From positions 2,377,673 through 2,441,672 of the forward strand of contig CP070763.1 in assembly GCA_020349025.1 (NCBI GenBank): a stretch of 64,000 nt of DNA, in the 5' to 3' direction. The notes beneath the pieces were generated by a model. The model worked only from the letters and a program-made list of their open reading frames with translations, had not been told where the DNA came from and searched no databases. This DNA is from Candidatus Latescibacterota bacterium. Lineage in GTDB: Bacteria > Krumholzibacteriota > Krumholzibacteriia > G020349025. Both the position numbers and the translations under genes were made by a program. This document shows, piece after piece, positions 36,237 to 45,386 of the stretch (positions are counted from its first letter, which is position 1; every line of letters starts with the position of its first letter).

Positions 36237-39200
36237 CTACGGGCGCCGGTCGACGACGGAGTAGAAGACCGGGATGACGACCAGGGTCAACAACGTCGAG
36301 AGCGTCAGGCCGCCAATGACCGCGATCGCCATCGGCGCGCGGATCTCAGCACCTTCGCCGAACCCGAGCGCCATCGGTGTGAGACCCAGCACGGTCGTCA
36401 GCGTGGTCATCAGGATGGGACGCAAGCGCACGCTCGCCCCCTCGCGCAACGCTTCGATCTTGGAGCGGCCGCGCTGCCGCAGCCGGTTCACGTAGTCGAC
36501 GAGAACGATCGAGTTGTTGACCACGATTCCCGACAGCATGATCACGCCGAGGAAGACGACGACACTGACGGTCGTCCCGGTCAGCGCCAACGCCAGAATG
36601 ACGCCGATCAACGCCAGTGGCACAGTCCCGAGAATGACGAACGGATGCAGCAACGACTCGAACTGGCTCGCCATCACGATGTACACCATGAAGACGGCGA
36701 GCAGGACGGCGAGAATCAGGCTGCGGAAGGAGTGCTGCAGCTCCTCGTTCTGCCCGGTGAGCTCCGCCGTCACCGTTCCGGGAAGCGGCGTGGATGCCAG
36801 CACCGCGTCGATGTCGCGCGACACGGAGCCGAGATCGCGGCCCGCCAGGTCGGCGTAGACGAGCGCGGCTCGCTGCTGGTCCAGGTGCTCGATCTGACTC
36901 GGACCGCGCTCGACGGCGATGTCGGCGACCGACGAGAGCATGACCGGGATCCCCTCCGCGTGCGCGACGACGAGGTTGCCCACCTGACCGATGTCGATGC
37001 GGTCGGCGCGCTCGGTGCGGACGAGAATGTCGATCTGGCGGTCACGCTCCTTCAGGCGCGTCGCGGCGTCGCCGCGGATCTTGTTGCGCAGCGTTCTCGA
37101 GATGGCGTCGATGTCGAGGTCCATCGCCGATACGCGCGCGCGATTGAAGGCAATCTGAACCTCGGGACTTCCGGGTTGCAGCGAAGCGCGCACGTCGCGC
37201 AGTCCAGGCACCTGCCGCAGACGCTGGACGAGGACGTCCGTGGCCTCCGCGAGGTCGTCGAGCTCGAAGCCGTACACCTCGATCTCGATCGGCGTGCGGA
37301 AGCTGAAGTAGCTGGGTCGCCGAAATTCGTAATCGAGATCTTCAATCGACTCGAGTTGCCCGCGGATGTCCTCGACCACGCGTTCCTCGACCACATTGTT
37401 GGCTCGCTCCTTCAATACGACGTTGATCTGCGCCAAGCTCGGCTTCTTCGAGTTGACGTCGGCGCCGAGTCGATCGGTGCCCCCGACGTCGACGAAGACG
37501 GTGCGCAAGCGCCGATCGTGGACGAGGTTGCGCTCGACGTTCGAGATGGTGGCGTCGGTGACGGGCAAAGGCGTGCCGTCCGGGAGCTGCGCCTCGAACG
37601 TGAACTCCCCCTGCGTGAACGATGGGATGAGCTCCATGCCGAGCATCGGAACGAGCGCGATGCAGACGGCAAACAGCGCTCCCGTACCCAGAAGGACGGG
37701 CGCGCGGTGCGCCAACGCCCAGTCGAGGAGCGGCGTGTACGCCGTCTGAACACGCGAGAAAGCGGCGTCGAAGATCGGGAAGATCGTGCGACGACAAAGT
37801 GCCATGAAGGAACCGAGCAACACTCCCGACCGGTTCGACTCGTCGAGCTCGTAGAACGGGAAGAGGAAGCGTAGGATCGCGATGAACCCAACGACGAGTG
37901 GGATGATGATGTAACGCCAGATCCCTTTGATGATCGGCGTCAGCAAGCCGTCGAGCACGAGCCAGACGAGCTGACGGATCGGCCACAACAGCAGCCAGAC
38001 GATGCGAACGATCCAGCGCGCAACGAACCACACGAGCCGGAGCGGGAAGAAAACGAGCCGCAGCACGCGCGGCATCGGAACCACGGCCTCACCGTTCTGG
38101 ACAGCGTAGGCCTTGAGCGAATCGACTCCGTTCTGCGCCGCGCTCTCGTCCGGCTGCACGCTCGCCAAGCGCCACCAGTAGCCGGGGCGCAGCGCCGAGA
38201 CCATGGGAATCAGGGTGAGAGCGACGATGAGCGAGACGATGAGGGAGAAGGTGACCGTCAACGCCTGATCCTTGAAGATCTGGCCCGCGACGCCCTCGAC
38301 GAAGACGATCGGCAAGAAGACCGCGACCGTCGTGAGCGTCGAAGCGACGACGGCGCGCCCCACCTCGTTGGCACCGCGCTCGGCGCTCTCCGGCGCGTTG
38401 TCCTCCCCCTTGCGATGGCGGGCGATCGCTTCCAGCACGACGATCGAGTTGTCGACCAGCATGCCCACACCGAGGGCGAGACCCCCCAGCGACATGATGT
38501 TGAGCGTCACGTTCATCTGTCGCATCAAGACGAACGTCGCGACGATCGAGACGGGAATCGACATCGCGATGATCATCGTGGAGCGCGGATCCTTGAGGAA
38601 GAGGAAGAGGATCAGGACCGCGAGGATTCCACCGATGATGGCGTTCGAGCGTACCTCGTTGATCGAGTTCTCGATGAAGACCGACTGATCGAAGAGGATG
38701 GTCGTCTCGACGCCCGGCGGCAGCCTTTGCTGCAGCCAGTCGAGTCGGTCGCGAACACGCTGCGCCACCCGCACCGTGTTGCTGTCCCCCTCCTTGTAGA
38801 TGGAGACCTGCACGCACTCCCGTCCGTTCACGCGCGAGATGATCTCGCGCTCCTGCCAGCCGCGATCGACGCGCGCCACGTCGCCGAGCGTGACCCGACG
38901 ACCTTCCTCGTCGAGCAGGATGACGCGCTGGATGTCGTCGACGTCGGCGAGCTCGTTGAGCGTGCGCACGAGGAACTCGGCATCGCGGTCGCGTAGACGT
39001 CCACCGGAAGCGTTGATGTTGTTCTGGCTCACCACCCGGGTGACGTCCGTGATCGACACGCCGAGGAGCGCCATCTTGCCCTCGTCGAGGTCGACGTGGA
39101 TCTCTTCGACCAAGCCGCCCTGGACGCGCGCTGAGGCGACTCCATCGAGAGCCTCCAGGTCTTTCTTCAGCGTCCGATCCACCCAGTGACGCAGAGCGAT

Positions 39201-39641
39201 CATGTTGGAGTCACCGTGAGCCGCCACGCGCAGAACCGGATCGAGCGTAGGGTCGAAACGCAACAGGATTGGAGGGCTCGCATCGTCGGGCAGGCGCACC
39301 AGGTCGATCTTTTCGCGCACGTCGAGGCTGGCGTAGTCCATCTCGGTATCCCAGGCGAACTCGAGAACGATCTGGGACATCCCCGACTGCGACACCGAGT
39401 GCATCTTGCGCAATCCCTGCACTACCGCAACCGCCTCCTCCAGCGGTTCGGTGATGAAGGCTTCCACCTCGGCCGGTGCCGCGTCGGCGTACTCGGTCTG
39501 GATCGTGAGCGTCGGGTAGGAGATTTCCGGCAGCAGATTCACCGAGAGGCGCCCGAGCGAGACGAATCCGAAGAGCACCACGGCGATGGTGGCCATGGAA
39601 ACCGTCACCGGATGGCGGATGGAGAAGCGGATGATGCCCAT
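36237..39641 (-). CDS. RND efflux permease (MdtB-like). First permease of operon 1, with a ~100-aa Trp-rich insertion.
   Basis: 1134 aa. RND N-terminus (MGIIRFSIRHPVTVSMATIAVVLFG) and the LVDNSIVVLE motif. An extra hydrophobic, W-rich segment lies at aa ~495-600, between TM6 and TM7. This segment is absent from the paralogue. Confidence 0.9.
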   Translation of the reverse strand: MGIIRFSIRHPVTVSMATIAVVLFGFVSLGRLSVNLLPEISYPTLTIQTEYADAAPAEVEAFITEPLEEAVAVVQGLRKMHSVSQSGMSQIVLEFAWDTEMDYASLDVREKIDLVRLPDDASPPILLRFDPTLDPVLRVAAHGDSNMIALRHWVDRTLKKDLEALDGVASARVQGGLVEEIHVDLDEGKMALLGVSITDVTRVVSQNNINASGGRLRDRDAEFLVRTLNELADVDDIQRVILLDEEGRRVTLGDVARVDRGWQEREIISRVNGRECVQVSIYKEGDSNTVRVAQRVRDRLDWLQQRLPPGVETTILFDQSVFIENSINEVRSNAIIGGILAVLILFLFLKDPRSTMIIAMSIPVSIVATFVLMRQMNVTLNIMSLGGLALGVGMLVDNSIVVLEAIARHRKGEDNAPESAERGANEVGRAVVASTLTTVAVFLPIVFVEGVAGQIFKDQALTVTFSLIVSLIVALTLIPMVSALRPGYWWRLASVQPDESAAQNGVDSLKAYAVQNGEAVVPMPRVLRLVFFPLRLVWFVARWIVRIVWLLLWPIRQLVWLVLDGLLTPIIKGIWRYIIIPLVVGFIAILRFLFPFYELDESNRSGVLLGSFMALCRRTIFPIFDAAFSRVQTAYTPLLDWALAHRAPVLLGTGALFAVCIALVPMLGMELIPSFTQGEFTFEAQLPDGTPLPVTDATISNVERNLVHDRRLRTVFVDVGGTDRLGADVNSKKPSLAQINVVLKERANNVVEERVVEDIRGQLESIEDLDYEFRRPSYFSFRTPIEIEVYGFELDDLAEATDVLVQRLRQVPGLRDVRASLQPGSPEVQIAFNRARVSAMDLDIDAISRTLRNKIRGDAATRLKERDRQIDILVRTERADRIDIGQVGNLVVAHAEGIPVMLSSVADIAVERGPSQIEHLDQQRAALVYADLAGRDLGSVSRDIDAVLASTPLPGTVTAELTGQNEELQHSFRSLILAVLLAVFMVYIVMASQFESLLHPFVILGTVPLALIGVILALALTGTTVSVVVFLGVIMLSGIVVNNSIVLVDYVNRLRQRGRSKIEALREGASVRLRPILMTTLTTVLGLTPMALGFGEGAEIRAPMAIAVIGGLTLSTLLTLVVIPVFYSVVDRRP

Positions 39642-39644
39642 GGG

Positions 39645-40991
39645 TTACTTCCGCGCCACGTCGGTGTCGCCGGCTTCATCCTCGGAGCTCTGCTCCTCGT
39701 CGGCGTCCGACTCTGCCGTCTCGGCACCGAGCTCGCGCACGCGCGTTCCGTGCTTCAGACCGCCCTGGCCGACGGTGATGACACGCTGGTCGTCGTCGAG
39801 CCCGACGAGCACTTCGGCGAACTCCTCGTCGGTGTAGCCGGTTTCCACACGCACCTTGACGACGCTGTCCGCCTCGGCGCGGAAGACGTAGGTCTCGCCA
39901 CCATCCTCGATGAGCGCCACCTTCGGGATCACGAGCGCGTCCTCGTGCATGTCGGTCGTGATCTGCACGCGGACGAAGGAACCGATGCGAAGCGTCTCCG
40001 GGGCCGCGTCCAGCTCCACGGTGACCTTCACGGTTCCGGAGCGCGTATCGACGACCGGTGCGATCATGCGCACGCGCCCCGGGTGGGAGAGGTCGTCCTT
40101 GGCGTCGGGGAAGACGCGCACGCGTTGACCCACCTCGATGCGGTCCACCTGCCGCTCCGGCATGTAGACGCGCACGAGAAGCGGATCGAAGTCGGCCACG
40201 TCGAAGAGCGCTTCGTTGACCTGCACATACTGACCGACGTCGATGTGGCGCAGGGTGACGCGACCGCTGAAGGGCGCACGCACCTTCGTGTAGTCGAGCC
40301 GAATCTCACCGACGAGAAGCTTCGCGGCGGCTTCGTCCATGAGCAGCTTCTTGTCTTCGAACTCGCGATCGCTGGCGAGATCCTTCTCGAGGAGTGAGCG
40401 CGTGCGCTCGTACTCGTTCTGGAGGCTCTGGGCCCGCACACGCAGCTCCTGCAGGCGCGCGGCCTCTTCGGCGTCGTCGATCTGCAGCAAGACCTGTCCG
40501 GTCTCGACGTTGTCACCCTCCTCCACGAGGATCTTCTCCACCGTGCCGGCGATCTTGGCCAGCACCTGGGCCTCCTGCAGCGCCTCCACCGTGGCTGTGC
40601 CGGTGAAGTAGGAGGGCACGTCACGACGGCTCACCGCCGCCATCTCGACGGGGACCGCGGGCTCCTCCTCTTCCTCCTCCTCGGGCTCCTCGTCGTTCCC
40701 ACCCCCCAGGAAGGCGAAGAAGCCACCACGCTTCTTCTTCTTGGCCTGGGTCGCGGTCGAGTCTGTCGCGGCGCTGTCGTCGAGCGCCACGGCGGTGGAG
40801 TCGGTCCCCGCCGAATCGGCGGCCGTCTCGCTGGCCTCTGCGGTCTCCGGTTCCTCGCCCCTCTGCAACAACGTCGCGCCGGCCACGATCGCAACGAGAA
40901 CGACGAGGCCGCCCAGGGCGCGCAGAACGCGCCGCCGGCGGCTTCTGGGTTGGTCCTGCGATGCGCTCAAAGCCGCTCCTCTCGCCAGCAC
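39645..40991 (-). CDS. Efflux RND periplasmic adaptor (membrane fusion protein, HlyD family) with an acidic low-complexity N-terminal linker.
   Basis: The N-terminal TM anchor is LGGLVVLVAIVAGATLL. Lipoyl/beta-barrel MFP motifs are present (EEGDNVETGQVLLQIDD, RAPFSGRVTLRHIDVGQYV). The stop abuts the permease start with a 3-nt gap. Confidence 0.8.
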   Translation of the reverse strand: MLARGAALSASQDQPRSRRRRVLRALGGLVVLVAIVAGATLLQRGEEPETAEASETAADSAGTDSTAVALDDSAATDSTATQAKKKKRGGFFAFLGGGNDEEPEEEEEEEPAVPVEMAAVSRRDVPSYFTGTATVEALQEAQVLAKIAGTVEKILVEEGDNVETGQVLLQIDDAEEAARLQELRVRAQSLQNEYERTRSLLEKDLASDREFEDKKLLMDEAAAKLLVGEIRLDYTKVRAPFSGRVTLRHIDVGQYVQVNEALFDVADFDPLLVRVYMPERQVDRIEVGQRVRVFPDAKDDLSHPGRVRMIAPVVDTRSGTVKVTVELDAAPETLRIGSFVRVQITTDMHEDALVIPKVALIEDGGETYVFRAEADSVVKVRVETGYTDEEFAEVLVGLDDDQRVITVGQGGLKHGTRVRELGAETAESDADEEQSSEDEAGDTDVARK

Positions 40992-41352
40992 CGGGCTCGC
41001 AGCCTACGGGTTTCGGTGGATTCGTCTCCCCGCTGAGCACTACGCAGTCGACCGGTGCGAGGTTCGCCCTATTTCCGCCGGTCTGGAACGGAGGGGGGCC
41101 GCGGGGCTGCGTTCGGCGCCCGATCCGCTTGGGATCGAGCGGGCACCCGCATGCCGGCGAGCCCGGGACCTCGCTGCGGAGGGGTAAGGGGCGTTCCAGG
41201 TCGCGACGGGTGTTCACGCTTCCACAGCTTCAACGGGCCCAGGGGGTGGGAGTGTTACGTCGCCAGCGGCGTGACGTGGCGCTACACTCTGCGAACCCCA
41301 CGCACGGCATCCGTGCCGATCCGCCGCTTCCGTTCTGCAGGAGGGAGGGGAT

Positions 41353-42300
41353 GTGGTCCAGCCCGAAGCCGTCCTCGAGGCGCGCCCACGCATCGCCAAG
41401 TCGATGCACACGACGCCGATGCTGCGCGCTTCGTCGCTGGGGGAGCCGCTGGGGATCGACCTCCACCTGAAGGCGGAGCTGTTCCAGAAGACCGGTTCCT
41501 TCAAGGTGCGCGGCGCCCTGCACAAGGTGTCGCGCCTCGATGCGGTGGAGCGCCGCCGCGGCCTCGTGACGATCTCCGCCGGCAACCACGCCGCAGCGCT
41601 GGCGTATGCGGCAACGTCTGCGGGTGTGGCGTGCACGGTGGTCATGCCTGCGAACGCCAATCCGACGAAGGCGGAGGCGACACGCGCCTACGGCGCCGAG
41701 GTTCTCCTCCACGGCGACGTGCAGCAGGCGTTCGAGCGTTGCCACCAGCTGGAGCGCGAGCGCAACCTGCGCTACATCCACGCGTTCGACGATCCCGAGA
41801 TCATCGCCGGCGCCGGAACGCTCGGTCTCGAATGCATCGAGCAGCTGCCCGATGCCGACGCCATCGTCGTCCCCGTGGGAGGTGGGGGCCTCATTGCGGG
41901 TGTGGCGATCGCAGTCAAACACCTGCGTGCGCAGACGCGCATCTACGGAGTGGAACCGCAAGGAGCCGCGGCGATGTGGAAAAGCCTGCAGGAGGGGCGG
42001 CCGGCGACGCTCGACAAGATCCACACGGTTGCGGATGGCCTGGCCCCGCCCATGGCGGGAAAGCTCAACTTCGAGATCGTGCGACGCTACGTCGACGACA
42101 TGGTCCAGGTGTCCGACGCCGAGATCCTGGCCGCAATGCGTGACCTGATGACTCGCGCCAAGCTCTTCGCCGAGCCCGCCGGCGCCGCCGCGCTCGCGGC
42201 GTTGCAGACGGGTCGAATCCCCACCACGCCCGGCGCCCGTGTGATCGCTGTCGTGAGCGGCGGCAACATCGACCTGGAGCAGCTCCGAACGCTCCTCTGA
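41353..42300 (+). CDS. Threonine/serine dehydratase (PLP fold type II).
   Basis: The PLP-lysine motif KTGSFKVRGA and the glycine-rich loop GGGGLIAG are present. GTG start with GGAGGG upstream. Confidence 0.8.
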   Translation: MVQPEAVLEARPRIAKSMHTTPMLRASSLGEPLGIDLHLKAELFQKTGSFKVRGALHKVSRLDAVERRRGLVTISAGNHAAALAYAATSAGVACTVVMPANANPTKAEATRAYGAEVLLHGDVQQAFERCHQLERERNLRYIHAFDDPEIIAGAGTLGLECIEQLPDADAIVVPVGGGGLIAGVAIAVKHLRAQTRIYGVEPQGAAAMWKSLQEGRPATLDKIHTVADGLAPPMAGKLNFEIVRRYVDDMVQVSDAEILAAMRDLMTRAKLFAEPAGAAALAALQTGRIPTTPGARVIAVVSGGNIDLEQLRTLL

Positions 42301-42475
42301 GTCCGCGCTCCGTTCCCGGGCTCTGCTGCCAGCGGGTGAGCGGCTCCTTCGACCGCGTGGGTCGGCATTGACACGCTGTGCCGCTGGACGTACTCCCACA
42401 GCTGGAGGGGTGCCGCTCGGCTGCGCCGATTGGCGCGGGGGGCGAGCGCTGCACCGAGTCTAACCAGGAGGGATC

Positions 42476-43531
42476 ATGCGGAGGACATCGGTCGCGAATG
42501 GGATTTGCGCGCTTGCATTGCTGCTGTCTGGGTGCTCGAGTCCCACTCCCGAATGGGAGCAAGCGAATCCGATTCAGCCACTCCCCGAGCCGCCGCTGGG
42601 GATTTCGTCGACGTTCGCCGAGCTCGAGGAGGCGCCGACCCCGGAGCGGGTGCGCTTGGGGCGCTGGCTCTTCTACGACACCCGCCTCTCGGCCGACGGC
42701 ACCATCTCGTGCGCGACGTGCCATCGGCCCGAGAACGCCTTCTCGGAGCCCACGCCTGTTTCGACCGGGATCGATGGTCAGAAGGGGACGCGCAAGGCGC
42801 CCTCCTTCGTCAACCTGGCCTGGACGCTCTATCCGCACTTCTTCTGGGACGGACGTGCGGCAGCGCTCGAGGAGCAGGCTCTCGGTCCGATCGAGAACCC
42901 GATCGAGATGGGAAACACGCATGACGCGATGCTGCTGGCGCTGCGGGGCGTTCCCGCATACGCGCCGTACTTCGAAGAGGCGTTCGGCACACCCGAGATC
43001 AGCGCTCCGCGCGTAGCCAAAGCCATTGCCGACTACGAGCGTACAAGGATGAGCGGCAACTCCCCCTGGGATCGCTGGCGCGATGGCGACGAGAGCGCGG
43101 TGTCGGAGCAGGTGAAGATGGGACACGAGCTCTTCTTCGGCAAAGCGCTCTGCAACCAGTGCCACCTGGGACAGAACTTCACCGACAACCTGTTCCACAA
43201 CCTCGGCGTCGGCTGGGACGCCGAGCAGAAACGTTTCGCGGATCTGGGGCGCTACGTGGTGACACAGAAGGAGGAGGACCAGGGAGCCTTCAAGACGCCG
43301 GGCTTGCGCGAGGTCACGAAGCACGCGCCCTTCATGCACGACGGCTCGCTGCAGACGCTGCGACAGGTCGTGGAGCACTACGACGAGGGAGGCATCGCCA
43401 ATCCGCACCTGAGCCCGAAGATCGAGCCGCTCGACCTCACGCAAGAGGAGATGGATGCACTCGTGGCTCTGATGGAAGCGCTCGAAGGCGAGGGGTACCA
43501 GGACACGCCGCCGACGGCGTTCCCTCAGTAA
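42476..43531 (+). CDS. Di-heme cytochrome c peroxidase (CCP/MauG family) lipoprotein.
   Basis: Lipobox LLSGC. Two CxxCH heme motifs are present (CATCH, CNQCH). FFWDGR and PFMHDGS are conserved CCP segments. Confidence 0.85.
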   Translation: MRRTSVANGICALALLLSGCSSPTPEWEQANPIQPLPEPPLGISSTFAELEEAPTPERVRLGRWLFYDTRLSADGTISCATCHRPENAFSEPTPVSTGIDGQKGTRKAPSFVNLAWTLYPHFFWDGRAAALEEQALGPIENPIEMGNTHDAMLLALRGVPAYAPYFEEAFGTPEISAPRVAKAIADYERTRMSGNSPWDRWRDGDESAVSEQVKMGHELFFGKALCNQCHLGQNFTDNLFHNLGVGWDAEQKRFADLGRYVVTQKEEDQGAFKTPGLREVTKHAPFMHDGSLQTLRQVVEHYDEGGIANPHLSPKIEPLDLTQEEMDALVALMEALEGEGYQDTPPTAFPQ

Positions 43532-43614
43532 TCGGGTTCGCCAGGTCGCGCGGGTCGGCGAGGCTGGCCACGCCCGCTGGGAGCGGGAGCGCGACCGGTG
43601 TTGGTCACGGTGCG

Positions 43615-44199
43615 CTACCAGCGATGGTAGGCAGGATGGCCCGGCTTCACCGCGACGAAGAGGCCACGGCAGGTGGCGCAGACGTGGCCATCCGCCTCAA
43701 GCGTGCCTTCGATCGTGGCACGCTCGTCGGTGGACTCGACGACATGGCTCCGCAGCTGCACCGCGCCCCGGCTCGGCGCAGGCCGGCGTAGCTGGATCGT
43801 GTACTCGGCGGTGACGGTGCAGGGGGGGCTGTCGGCGCCGGCGCGCTGCATCAAGTGGTAGGCGGCCGTCCAGTTGCAGTGGCAGTCGAGCAGCGAACCG
43901 ATGATGCCGCCGTTGAGGACGCCGGGAAAGGCTTCGTGGTGCGGCTCGGGCGTCCAGGTGGCGACCACCTCCTCCCCCTGCGGGAAGCTGCGAATGCGCA
44001 GCCCCTTGGGGTTGGCGGGGCCACATCCGAAACAGGCGTTGCCGGGTGCGTAACGCTCCTGAAGGCTCGCGGCACCCGCTTCTGCGTCGTGGCCCAACTC
44101 TCCTCCTCGGTCTTCGTGGACCTCTTGCGTGCAGCGCAGCGTATCATCTGGCGCCGGAACCGGCACGCCCCGTTCGTGTAGACTGGGGGAAAACCCCAC
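43615..44199 (-). CDS. PaaI/YbgC-like hotdog-fold thioesterase.
   Basis: NACFGCGPANPKGLRIRSF and NGGIIGSLLDCH match PaaI-family motifs. The start is uncertain and is possibly internal. Confidence 0.55.
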   Translation of the reverse strand: MGFSPSLHERGVPVPAPDDTLRCTQEVHEDRGGELGHDAEAGAASLQERYAPGNACFGCGPANPKGLRIRSFPQGEEVVATWTPEPHHEAFPGVLNGGIIGSLLDCHCNWTAAYHLMQRAGADSPPCTVTAEYTIQLRRPAPSRGAVQLRSHVVESTDERATIEGTLEADGHVCATCRGLFVAVKPGHPAYHRW

Positions 44200-44226
44200 G
44201 CGTCACCCACGGAGTCGCAGCGGAAC

Positions 44227-45135
44227 ATGCAACACGTCTCTGTCTTCCGGCTATGGTTCCGATCGCCCGCCGCGCGAGAATGCCTGCGACGAGCGCAGCT
44301 CCTCCTCGCGTGTCTGCTCCTGCCGTTGCTCTGCGTGGCGACGCGTGCCGACGAGAAAGTGCCCGCCGCAGGCAAGGTGGTCCTCGTCGAGCTCTTCACG
44401 AGCTCCGGCTGTCCCCCTTGCATTGCCGCCGACATCGCTGCCGACAAGCTGCTCGAGAACTACTCCTCGGACGAGGTCGCGTTTCTCATGTACCACATGC
44501 ACGCGGGCTACCCCGATCCAATGGGGAGCCGCGTGAGCATCTCGCGCATGCAGCTCTACGGAGCCCGTGGCGCACCCACGTTGGTGGTCGACGGCGGGCG
44601 CAAGACCAGCTCCGGAGGCGGCGCCAGCCAGGCGGAGAAGCTCTACGCCATCTACGAGCGCGGCATCGAACGCCGGCGCGAGGTGAGCACGCCGCTGTCG
44701 CTGCAGTTGCACGGTCGCGTCGAGGAGGGCACGCTGCTCCTGCAGGCGCGGCTCGAGTTGCTGGATGAGCATCTGAGTTCGAGCAAGCTCGTGCTGCACG
44801 TGGCTGTGGTCGAACGTTCGATCTCCTATCGTGGCGAGAACGGTGTGGACCACCATCCGATGGTCGTGCGTGCGATGCTGAACGCAGGCCGTGGCGTCGA
44901 CGTGACGTGGAACGACGAGAGCTTCGAGATCGACGCGCGCTTCCGGCTCGCCGACGTCGAAGCGGATCTACTCGCGCACCTGGAGGATGTGGAGGCGCGC
45001 TTCGCCGGAGACGTATGGAGAGGCTTCTCACGCAAGATGCACGAGGTTGATCCGGCCAACCTGATGTTGGTGGCGTTCGTGCAGGAGGCGAGGAAGCACG
45101 AGGTTTTGCAGGCCGCCGGGGCACCTGTGGAGTGA
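44227..45135 (+). CDS. Secreted thioredoxin-fold protein with a CPPC motif.
   Basis: The signal-like segment is LLLACLLLPLLCVATRA. It is followed by VVLVELFTSSGCPPCIAAD, a thioredoxin-like CxxC. Confidence 0.5.
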   Translation: MQHVSVFRLWFRSPAARECLRRAQLLLACLLLPLLCVATRADEKVPAAGKVVLVELFTSSGCPPCIAADIAADKLLENYSSDEVAFLMYHMHAGYPDPMGSRVSISRMQLYGARGAPTLVVDGGRKTSSGGGASQAEKLYAIYERGIERRREVSTPLSLQLHGRVEEGTLLLQARLELLDEHLSSSKLVLHVAVVERSISYRGENGVDHHPMVVRAMLNAGRGVDVTWNDESFEIDARFRLADVEADLLAHLEDVEARFAGDVWRGFSRKMHEVDPANLMLVAFVQEARKHEVLQAAGAPVE

Positions 45136-45169
45136 ACGCACCGCGGTGTCCGCCAAGAAGGAGGAACCC

Positions 45170-45358
45170 ATGCCGAGCAAGTCGTGTGTGATGTGTGAGC
45201 GGCCCGCGAGCGACGTGCCGCTCCTCACGTTGGATTACCGGGACTCGACCTTCTGCGTCTGTCCGCAGCATCTCCCGGTCCTGATCCACGACCCGGGACA
45301 GCTGATCGGGAAGCTGCCGGGGGCCGAGCGTCTGCGACCGTCCGACATCCACGACTGA
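45170..45358 (+). CDS. Small Cys-containing hypothetical protein (62 aa, possible zinc ribbon).
   Basis: A strong SD, AAGGAGG, lies 6 nt before ATG 45170. The cysteine pattern is CVMC...CVCPQH. Confidence 0.4.
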   Translation: MPSKSCVMCERPASDVPLLTLDYRDSTFCVCPQHLPVLIHDPGQLIGKLPGAERLRPSDIHD

Positions 45359-45386
45359 GGCGGCGTCTGTGTAGGAGGAGTTCGAC

